Of a DNA stretch of 64,000 nt, positions 54,601 to 64,000 are shown in pieces. The stretch's first letter is position 1, and every line of letters begins with the position of its first letter. The position numbers and the translations under genes are program-made. A model generated the notes under the pieces. The model was given only the letters and a program-made list of their open reading frames with translations. It was not told the origin of the DNA and made no database searches. The DNA comes from Geosiphon pyriformis uo1 (Eukaryota; Fungi; Glomeromycota): the NCBI GenBank assembly GCA_016748015.1, contig JAAOMT010000597.1:664037-728036 (forward strand). Direction: 5' to 3'.

Positions 54601-55415
54601 TTGTGTGTTTATTTTTTATACTTTGAAAAGAATTTTTCGCTGAATTTGGTTTCGCTCTAAGCGATGGCAAAATTTTTCCAAAGATAGTCGTAAATTAAAG
54701 ACTTTCTTCAAAAAGTCACTGAAGCTCGAATGGTGGATAGACAGGACAGAAGATGATTAGGTATTGATACATCTGTAAACTATTCAAAACTGAATTTTTG
54801 CCTTCGAACTTTTATAGATAAAAGAATGACTGAACTAATTTATTAATTAACCTCTAGAGACTATAAAGCAACTTATTGAGGTGATCTCATATATTTATTC
54901 AATGGGGCTGGCGAACGGAAAATCGTTTGCAAGTAATCCGTAATATCTGCAAAGAATGAACACTACTAGAAAAAACCTTGAACAAGAATTAAAATTTACC
55001 CTGGTCAATGTACAGGATCAATTAAAAGGAAAAGGCTTCGCCTTTTAAATATATAAAATTATTAGCACAATTCTTGTTTTTCTTTATTTTAGATATTCAA
55101 AAACCACCATAATTAAACCCCATTTAGCTCGAAACGTAAACTTTGATGGTATAGGATCATTGAAACCATGATCGGTAAATCATTTTAACTTGACTATTAC
55201 GCTATTCTCCAAGTTTTTTTTCTGTGCCAAAAGTATACTTTTGAAAATAGTCATTTTGTTTTCTTAGATTATTTGTTCTCTCTTTTCGAACAGTTGTAAT
55301 TTGTCGTCAAATGTAAATAATGATAAACTCTAATTTTTTGCTGAAATCAAACAGTTGTGGTCAACTGAGTATTCATATTTCCTCGATAATAGAGTATTCT
55401 ACATGTATTTCGAAA

Positions 55416-57416
55416 CTATTTTGTTTTCGAAAAAATTGCTCTCTCCTTCTTTGGTGTGGTTAAACAATCTGGGATCTGCACCGTCTCAAATTGATTTTCT
55501 TCACTTTGTTAAAGTAAAAGCACTCGTCTAAAAATGACTTCTCATCGCTCGAGTTGTCGACTCCTTCAATGACTCTCAAGCTATTCCGGACAATTTCCTG
55601 TGCCGGAAAGATGTATAAAATATTGTGGTCACAAATTAGGAAATTCCGCAAACAATAAAACATTACTTACACGCATCTGGATTGTTATCGCCAAGAACTT
55701 TAACATACTTGCAAGACCAGTGGGACTGAACTCCTCCGGCAGCCTCCTTTTTGAACACCAGAGCAGAGCCACCAGCTTGCCATACTCTAACTAGCTGAGC
55801 GTATAATCCTATAAGAAACCCAGCATGTGCTTTAGAAAACCCAATTGAAGACAAAAATGTTGAACATGCGTACTTACTAAAATGGAACATTCCCACAACA
55901 TGTAGCTTATTCACACAACTCTCGTCAAAATTGACAGCCCACATCAATTCACCAAAAATATCTTTTATTGTCTTCCCCAAATTCAGTGATTCTTTAAGGC
56001 ACTTCATATCATGCTCCCCATTTAGAGCATCGCGGCCTCAAGCGCACCATATTTGTACCCTCCCTCAACCTTCCTAATTAGTCCATCTATACTGTTCCAG
56101 TTTTTGCAGTTCGCGCTGGCCAAGCTGGAGCCTTCAGATCTGTACTTGTCAAGGAACGGATAGAAATGTTTCAGTGATTTGGGTTCTCTACTTACTGCCC
56201 ATTACCCCGAACACGATAAATTACATACTAAACAACGTCCATGCCCATGCTGGGGTCCCTAATTGCAAAATCAAAAAGTTTCGAGTAGAGAACTAAGCTT
56301 CTAGCTGTGTTTTTGCAAGAGGTTTTCTTGGATTTTCCCATAAGTTCAACCTATATGAAAGCCTGTCAACATTATGGAATGTATGTCGACAACAACACAA
56401 AACAAATTACATTCCTGGTCATAGTGGCATTGTTTATTATAAGTTTTGTTGGCTGGGAAGTAAGATTCCATGACAACTTTTCGAAGCTCCGTGAGTAAAT
56501 TCTATCAATTGTTTTGGAGGAAAAAGAAAAGATGTCTCAGTATTAAACTAATAGATCTTGAATGCAAGAGCACAATTGTGTACTAATCTTTTTATATCTA
56601 GCCAAAATAGCCGCAAACTCATTCGTGATTGGCGGTAATCCAAGCTAGTCATTTGTTATTTCATTCCATAAAAAAGCACTTGACTTTATCATTAATGTTA
56701 ATAAGGAAAAAGTGCAACGAACTTGATGGTACATAATTAAAATGAGATACCAAAGAATAACATTAAAATCCATCATTATATTTGTTTATAATGTTTCAAA
56801 TAACCAATACTTACTGTTCATTTACCAATCCTTTTCCATATTTATACAACGTATCCTCCACTATCTTGCCCGTACTCAATACATATTTGTTATTATCACG
56901 GATAGAATGAAAAACAATTCTCAACATCTAATGGCTGGTCCTCATCAGAAGTCTGATTATGTTCAATATGAGCCTGGTAATTATCATTATAATCTTCTTT
57001 TCTGAGGTGACACTGGCCCAACTCTATTTAGAATTTAGTATCAAATAACCTTAAGTAGAAGGTGCCATTGGAGTAGTGAAGACGGACTTCGACACCAGAT
57101 GAGATGAACTTCCTAGTGTGCTGCCGAAATTTGCTGTGGCCAAACATGGCAAAGACGGACTTCAAACACCAGAAGAGATGGACTCCCTGATGTGCCAAGC
57201 ACAAAAGGAAAAAATTTAACATTATCTTCCATGTTTCCAGAAGATTCGTGGCTTCCATTTGTGCTGTCAAGCTAAAAAGCAGTTGAATCAAACAAGCTTT
57301 CAAGATCCTTTCGCAGCGCACGCCATAGAGATTCGGGTATAGAATAAACCTTCCTGTAATGCTTTATCAGCTCGGACGGGTCCCATTTCACGGTTTGATT
57401 GAAGAAATAATCACAT
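55416..57416 (-). pseudogene. Multi-exon pseudogene of the Mucoromycota/Glomeromycota-expanded family with a C-terminal PD-(D/E)xK restriction-endonuclease-like (Crinkler-type REase) domain
   Basis: Minus-strand fragments in order: DYFFNQTVKWDPSELIKHY; ATNLLETWK; KYVLSTGKIVEDTLYKYGKGLVNEH|SLHFFLI (intron donor GTAAGT at 56814); ELRKVVMESY; NLWENPRKPLAKTQLEA*F; SEGSSLASANCKN; IDGLIRK..YKYGALEAA; KCLKESLNLGKTIKDIF..LHVVGMFHF. These match the family pattern I recall (LSTGKxVED..EHxxHSFI..GExxSxASxxRKN..D..EYGxxE). Many stops, frameshifts and broken donors. Ends approximate. Confidence 0.8.
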
Positions 57417-57942
57417 GTTTTTGTTTGTGAAAAAGATTTTGTTTTGTGGAAAAAACAATCTTTAAATCAAATTTGTGTAGCCAAAGCAATAGGCGCAGCT
57501 CCACCTTTACTGCACGTGATCAGCCACCCGAGCCGATCAGGGCAAACTTACTACTTAATCCCCCATAGCTGAAATTTAATATGCGCGTGACATATTGATA
57601 CCATTAAATATGCGTATAATAATTAAATTACCTTTAATAGCATTTATTTTTTCTTCAATATTTTTATACATTATAATACAAATTTGCTGAATTTAACAAA
57701 ATACAAATTTTTATAATTTTATTAAAATGTTTTTTCTAAAAAGGCTTCAGCGGAGAAAAAACGTTTTAAAAATATTACCAACGAATCCCTTATTTCAAAG
57801 AGTTTGGATCATGAATATTGATTTCAAATAAGTATAGTAAAGATTTCAATTTTGGTTTAAAAATCAGCCAAAGCTGTGCTGAGCTCATTTTTCATTTGAC
57901 TGCTCGGCGAAATTTTAGACTACTGGAGTACAATATTTTGTA

Positions 57943-58346
57943 CAGTCCCGGCTGAATTTTTAACTATCCGGGATATTGATTTTATTAGGCAACGGTAATA
58001 TGAGTGATTTTCCGCATTCCATTCCTCTTTAGCCATTTGCTCTAACTCCCGAATGCTGATTGATGAGGATGGCGTTTACGAAGTCCCAACCAGATATACT
58101 CAATTGGATTTGGGGAGGCCAGGAGAGTAGTTTCACACGCTGAGAAATGAAGAACTTTTGGACAGCTTTAGTGATGTGGGTAGGTGCATTACCCTCTTGA
58201 AGGGGAATTTTTTTTATCCTGACGAGCATGCCCTGCCATTAAAAGCATGCGCGACTCACTATGCTTTACTGTTGTCTATTGTCCATTGTTCATTCACTTC
58301 GTTCTAAAGCTCAGTTTGGACGTTTGTTCTTTTTAATTGCTGAAAT
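57943..58346 (-). mobile_element. Tc1/mariner relic A (deleted DDE region, minus strand)
   Basis: NKRPN*ALERSE*TMDN (= KRLxWAxERxxWTxDxW), TVKHSESRM, LQEGNAPTHITKAVQKFF..VKLLSWPPQ (= FQQDNAPxH..WPPQSPDLNPIE). Tc1-type terminus TA-CAGTCCCGGC at 57941. Confidence 0.8.
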
Positions 58347-58800
58347 GAGTGCGCCGCAAAAGTATCTGGCCCCCAATAGACAAAGAATGATATAAATGCT
58401 CATCATTTATACCTTTTATAGATTGATAGATGTTCTAAATCAGGTATTTTATGGTGATCAAGTTCTATGGCGCAAAAATGTCTCCCAATACATATGCAAT
58501 ACGAAATCGCTTTCTTAAATAAACATCCCAAAGGCCCAAAACTTAGCAATTTATTGGCTATGGAACGAAACAAAAGACCTAAGTGGCCAACCAAAATCGA
58601 AAAAGAAATTAATCCAACCGCCACTGATATACAATGGGAAATAAAAAAAACAAGGTTAACATTAATGTAAACAATATTTAACGACACCTGCATGAGGTTG
58701 AGAGTAAGTATATGGCTAAAACTTTCCAAACCTTTACTGACTGACAAACACAAAAAATCGTTGAATAAATGGCTGTCAAAAATAATTGATACTTGTCATT
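58347..58800 (+). mobile_element. Tc1/mariner relic B (5' TIR plus N-terminal HTH part, plus strand)
   Basis: GAGTGCGCCGCAAAAGTATCTGGCCCCC resembles Tc1-like TIRs (CAGTG..GCAAAAGTAT..GGCCCCC). Then MAQKCLPIHMQYEIAFLNKHPKGPKL...NPTATDIQ...SKPLLTDKHKKSLNKW, with KPLLT..H..RL.WA being the Tc1 linker motif. Confidence 0.75.
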
Positions 58801-59039
58801 GAATTCTAAGAGTGTCAACTGAAGTATAGAATTATCTTTTATTGACAATTACAAACTATTTTTCTAATTTTAAATTTCTTTTGAAAAGATTAGCAACTAT
58901 GATTTTGAAACTGATTACATTAATTAAATTGCTTATATATTCAATTAGTTAGTTTTATATTGCTCTTAGTTATTTTTATCTTTTAATGTGTTACACTTAT
59001 CTGTAACAACATAAAATTTATGTTACATTGAATGAATAT

Positions 59040-60650
59040 GAATATAAGTTGTCATACTTGATTTTTTAAAATTGGTTTATTTAATTTTTTAATTCAAATA
59101 GCAAAAAATATATATAAAAAACAAAAATATTGATTTTATATTATTTACAATAAAAGTTTATCATTTATTTTTAAGTAACATTAAATTTGTAATAAAATTT
59201 AATTTAAATAAGTCATAGTTGGGTTGAATAAAACAACTAAATGACTTTTTTATTTAACATAATTATTGTTTTTAATAAAAACGGCGTACGGCAAGTAGTC
59301 TAGATTAGTAGTCGTATGTAGATAACGTGTCATTCACTTTTACTTTGAGCATGTACATGTTTCAGCTTGGTAAATTGTAATTGGGCTAAGCATAATAGAA
59401 AACAAAAAAAAACTAAATAAATAATTTAAATATGCTAATTTGATTTGATTTAATATTAATATTAAAAACTAATCAAATCTTTAACAAAAAAAAGCAAGTT
59501 TTCTTTTGTTTTTGAATTATTTAAAAATTTTATATTAATATTAATAAATAATAAATTTAAAGAAACTAAATAAAAAACTTAGTATGTATAAGATTATATT
59601 TTATATGTAAATAAGTATTTAAGATTATTTAAATTTGAATTTTACAAATAAAATAAAAACAATAAATTTTACCATGAAGTAATTATAAACAAGAATAATC
59701 AAATAATCAAATAATCAAATAAAAAAGCAATAATAATTTAAAATTGTTTTTATTAATAACACTTAAAATAAAAAAACTGCTTATATTTTATTATATATAT
59801 TACAAGAATATATATAAATAAAAAACCAGCAAACATAAAAGGATAAATAAGTAAAAATCAATAATTAAGTCAATAATTAAATTAATAATTAGTTTAATAG
59901 CTAAAACATTAATTAAGTTAAGAATTAACTAAAAAATAGATTAATAATTAACTTTAAAAATAATTTTTATCTATTTTATATAACAAATCTAAAAATAAGA
60001 TTGCCAATATGACAAATAAGCATTATACAAATTGCAATTATATGAAAATTAAGCATTTATTAGATTTAATCTATTAAAATATTATTTACAAACAATATTA
60101 ATTATATAATTTAAAATATGGAATTAGGAAATAGTTAATACAAAATCAAAATTAAAATAACAAAATAATAATAATAAACACATTTCAAATTATTGGTTAA
60201 TACTATTCCGTAAAAATCTTTTGAAATTATAATTATATATTGTGTTAAAAAATAAAAGGTTTAGCAAATAGTAAAAAAGATAATATTAATAACAAATTTT
60301 AATAATTTGCAAAATATTTAAAAATCTTAACCAATCAACGCATAAATTATTTTTTTTATAATAAATTTTCCAGTTTATGTTTAAATTCGATTTAAAAATG
60401 TTTGAAGAAAAAATCTTGGTGTTAAAAAATAATTCTTCTAAGAATATTTGATAAACACAATATATTAAATAAACTCTTAATCTACTTTATAATAAATGAA
60501 AATATTAATTGTCTAATTATGTTGAAATAAATAAATTCAATATCAAATAAAAACTGTTTAAAAGTTAAAATATGATTACTTTAAATAATAATTTTGTAAA
60601 TTTTTCGATTCAATGAATAAGGTATTAAAAAAACCACTTAAGCAAATGTT
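59040..60650. mobile_element. Hyper-AT block(s), probable decayed repeat
   Basis: G/C-depleted complex sequence interrupted by a short normal-composition island (~59280-59395). Boundaries approximate. Confidence 0.4.
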
Positions 60651-61017
60651 TAATAGCATGTATCTACTGAAAAATATATGCTTCTTTCAAGATCAATCTG
60701 CAAAAATATACAATAACATTGGGAGATTACTTTTAATATTGATATTCGCTTTCAAAATCAAATAGTGAGTTTAACCTGTGCACATGACTGCACCTTATCA
60801 ATCACCTGAGTCCACAAAGATCCAATCATTGAAACGCTTAACAAAGATAAAAGAGTTATTGATCTACAACAAATTTACATTGCCTGCTACACAACGACAT
60901 AATTTGGATCGATTTTTGTCGCTGACTAAAATCATGATTTTTATCAGTTTTCGTTCATATAGACAATAAATATAAAAAGCTATTGGATATCAAATATTAT
61001 TTCCCGACCAACGAAAG

Positions 61018-63064
61018 ATGGGTACACGAGTCGAATCGTTGAGGAGGAGACCCAGCATGGCTAGGACCATTCAAAGGGGCCGGAAATCTTCTGCAGTGCG
61101 AGATATGGAGAAAAAATACGAAGAAATTGAAAAATTGTTTGACTTTGATATGCCATGTGGACGTTTGGCTTCTGTTGTCATCAAAGCATTGTTGATCGAT
61201 GATAATCGTCCAAGTTCAGTTATAGAAATCACAAATACTTTGATAAAATATGGTCTTACCGAACATGAGTGAGTATTTTATTCACATGCTTATTTTCATT
61301 CTTGAATTATTTTCAATCTAAATTTTTTAATGATGTGAAACAAGGGCCGCGGAACCTTCCAAGAGTGTGGGGTCAGCACTTACGAAATATTTCAGGAATA
61401 AACGAAAAGGCGATCCCTTAATACGAGAAATGGGAGAGAGAGGTTGTTTCTACATGAGCCTGGATCGAAATAATCCTGTAATCGCACAATTCTATCCTCC
61501 TGAAAAAAAGAATTCATCGGCTAGTTCCCAAAGCGGCTCCAGTACTGTTTCTAATAAAACTATTCGCCACAAAGAAGATACACAGAGTGATTCCCCCGAT
61601 TTGACGAATTCAGATTTTGCTCCTACTAAAAGTCCAAAAATTCAAGCAGAAAACTTGGAAACAAATGCCCCAAAACGAATTATGAGAAGTCATGCCCAAA
61701 AATTAGAATTGCTTATTCCTTTAGATGAATCATCTAAAGGACTGGGAAACTACGTACAAAAACTGGATACAGTTGGCCCAATAACAAATGAATCACCCAG
61801 AATAATGAGAAGTCACGTAGCCAAACTTGAGGCAAATAATGCCATTCAAAATGATCCTCCAAAAAAAATCAGAAAACCTGCTGGAAAGCCGGAACTAAAC
61901 ATTCCAAAAAAGAATAATTTGATTCCCAGAAAACGAAATCTTCGTAAAACTGATAGATTAGAAAATTTAAAATCGAAAAATGAAGAAATTGAATTAACCC
62001 CACCACAACGTAGACGAAGAGTTTATTTGGAATTCCCGCCAGCTTCCCCCAGTCTTGATGAATCGGAATCTAGTGAAGAGTCTGACATCGAAACTGATTT
62101 TTCAAAAATCAGTGAGCCTGACGATATTAAGGAAGAAAATATTGATGACAAAAAAGAACGGCCTTTACGAATTAAAGAATCAAGAAGAAATTATGGGATT
62201 CCCATCAAGTTGACTCCTGAAAAACAAGCTCTTATCGAAGAAGCCGGAAGAAAGTTCTCAGAAATCGAACACTTGTTCAATTTCTTGCTTCCTGGAGGTC
62301 ATCTAATGATGCCAATTGTGAAAGCGCTTTTAATGCTTGACAACAAGGAATCAACGATAGCCGAAATTACCGATCTTATGGTAGAACACGGTCTTACTGT
62401 TCACAAGTAGGCCAAATCCATTTCTAAACATTGATTTTTGCTCAGTTTTCAATATGTTGGTTTTTTTCGTTTCAATAGCGCTGAAGAGCCATCCAAATCG
62501 ATTTCTTCGAGCGTCTCGAAATATTTCAAAAATCTAGGCAATGATCCCTCACCTTTATTAAGAATATGGCAACAACGAAGAGCTACTTTAATGCTTGATG
62601 AATCACATGAAGAAATCGCTCGCATCTTGGGTCGGCAGGCGGGGGATTATGTCGCGATGCCTGGTCCATTTGAAGAAACTTGGTCAAATGATGAAGAGGA
62701 GATAATGGATGAGGATTCCGATGAGGAAACACAATATGATACAGCCTCTGAAATGTACACTGAGCCAGTTGTTCCAAACTTTACCGAACAAACTATGAAT
62801 CAACATACAGCTATTTACAGAAATGTCCCACCTTCCTCGTCACCGAGATCAGCTTTTTCTTTATTTGAGCCTACTTTGATATCTCCTCAAAGTATGGTTA
62901 CTTCAATATCAAGCCTTCCATCTTCTTACAGAATTATAACTGTTCCGGCAGGCCATCAAGTTGCCCTGACTCATGATTTTTCTTCAAGTGCTTTCACTCG
63001 AATGGATCGTCTAACAATTATACCCATGCGAAATAAATTTCATAGAGACTCTATGGAGGGCTGA
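61018..63064 (+). CDS. 632-aa protein with two GDS1-like/HARE-HTH winged-helix repeats separated by a basic, repetitive linker; exons 61018-61268, 61345-62406, 62479-63064
   Basis: Phase-2 GT-AG introns 61269-61344 and 62407-62478 give one open 1899-nt frame. Repeats: VIKALLIDDNRPSSVIEITNTLIKYGLTEHEAAEPSKSVGSALTKYF and IVKALLMLDNKESTIAEITDLMVEHGLTVHNAEEPSKSISSSVSKYF, matching the fungal GDS1 winged-helix pattern I recall (ILKAL..NxPxSxKEL..I.KY.L..LGG.TP..TVSSRISxHF). Confidence 0.88.
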
Positions 63065-63094
63065 TCTGTTTATAATTTCAACTTTAATAAGGAC

Positions 63095-63208
63095 ATTATA
63101 ACTGTCCCAGCAGGCCTTCACTTAAATGAATCTTTAAAATTTTGCCTATGCGAAAAATTCCTAGAGACGCTGTGAAGAATTTATCTTCTAACGATTTCAG
63201 TTTAAAAA
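63095..63208 (+). repeat. Degenerate tandem copy of the gene's 3' end (62933-63088)
   Basis: ATTATAACTGTTCCGGCAGGCCATCA vs ATTATAACTGTCCCAGCAGGCCTTCA; ATGCGAAATAAATTTCATAGAGACTCTATGGAG vs ATGCGAAAAATTCCTAGAGACGCTGTGAAG. Confidence 0.85.
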
Positions 63209-64000
63209 TACTCTATTTCAAACTGTCGGCAATTGAATTGTTCACATTATCTTGAAATATATGATAAAATTTCAGTAAAAAAATGTTCTTGGAATCATTT
63301 CGTATTGAAAAAGTCGAATCTTGATAATTGACATTAGCTTAACCTTTTATCAAAAAGTTCAGAATCAATTATTCGTGTTATGAGGTAATTTAATAGATAG
63401 CTTGAATCAAAAAATCTATTTCATATGAATAAAATTATGGTCTCTTCCATATTTCGGTTGAAATTTTGATCAAGGATCCCTAGATGGGAGAATATTTGCT
63501 GGTGACCCAGAATGATAATTTTTGAAAATTTCCCTTTAAAAAGCTCATTAAATCGTAAGTCCCCGTCCTGAGATCCTTTCATGTGAAATCGAATGGCTTA
63601 ATGCCAACCTATAACATATTCCCATTCTTCAAAAAGTACCAAATCCCATGTGATAAAAATATAAATCTCGTGCGCTGCTTGTGCAAAGTTTTCAAGATAC
63701 TGAATGGGTTCTTCCAGTGAAGTTGACTTAATGATCTTGGCTTCTGGTGTTTCTTCCATTTTCAGTTACTTTGTTTGATGGCGTAGTAGCTAGTTGATTA
63801 ACAAGGCTTCTAATTTGTGCTCATATTTGAAACGCCTAGTGATAATCTGTGAAATCTATTAGTTGAATGGTTCTGGGGGCTGACTAAAAAATATTATGCC
63901 AATACAAATTAACATGGTAACAATATGTCATTTTGGAAATAAAAATTCAATCAAGATTTTCTCACTGCAAATTTTGAAATTCTCCTTTTTTACCTGGGTT

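Noticed and set aside
57079-57185. Repeat-spacer-repeat resembling a mini CRISPR
   Set aside because: Only two imperfect units, eukaryotic context, no cas genes.
63540-63880. GC-richer stretch at the window end, possibly a minus-strand exon or relic
   Set aside because: The frames I read are interrupted and show no recognisable motif; it needs downstream context.
1-64000. tRNA, rRNA, snRNA or telomeric arrays
   Set aside because: No cloverleaf with A/B boxes, rRNA-like segment or tandem TTAGGG array was seen by eye; tRNAscan-SE and Rfam searches would be needed to exclude them fully.

Overview
Very AT-rich, intron-containing eukaryotic DNA. The gene families and repeat landscape point to a Glomeromycota / arbuscular-mycorrhizal-type fungus, possibly Geosiphon-like; this is inferred from remembered family motifs, not from a search. 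Four apparently intact genes: the 3' end of a VWA5/VIT-vWA-type gene (2-295); an intronless 151-aa disordered protein (32843-33298) alone in a ~35-kb microsatellite-rich gene desert; a 3-exon 319-aa protein with three PAH-like four-helix repeats and a Y/N/G/Q-rich segment (44244-45410); and a 3-exon 632-aa protein with two GDS1/HARE-HTH-like winged-helix repeats (61018-63064). Two clear pseudogenes: a tyrosine-kinase-like kinase (7651-9114) and a PD-(D/E)xK/REase-fold protein (55416-57416). Also three Tc1/mariner relics, a candidate TIR pair, many microsatellites, and several sharply bounded hyper-AT blocks. The most notable window-wide signal is directional G/C loss in repeats and multicopy-family pseudogenes that spares the intact genes. 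No rRNA, tRNA or CRISPR could be supported. Most short ORFs in the track are microsatellite or low-complexity artefacts.
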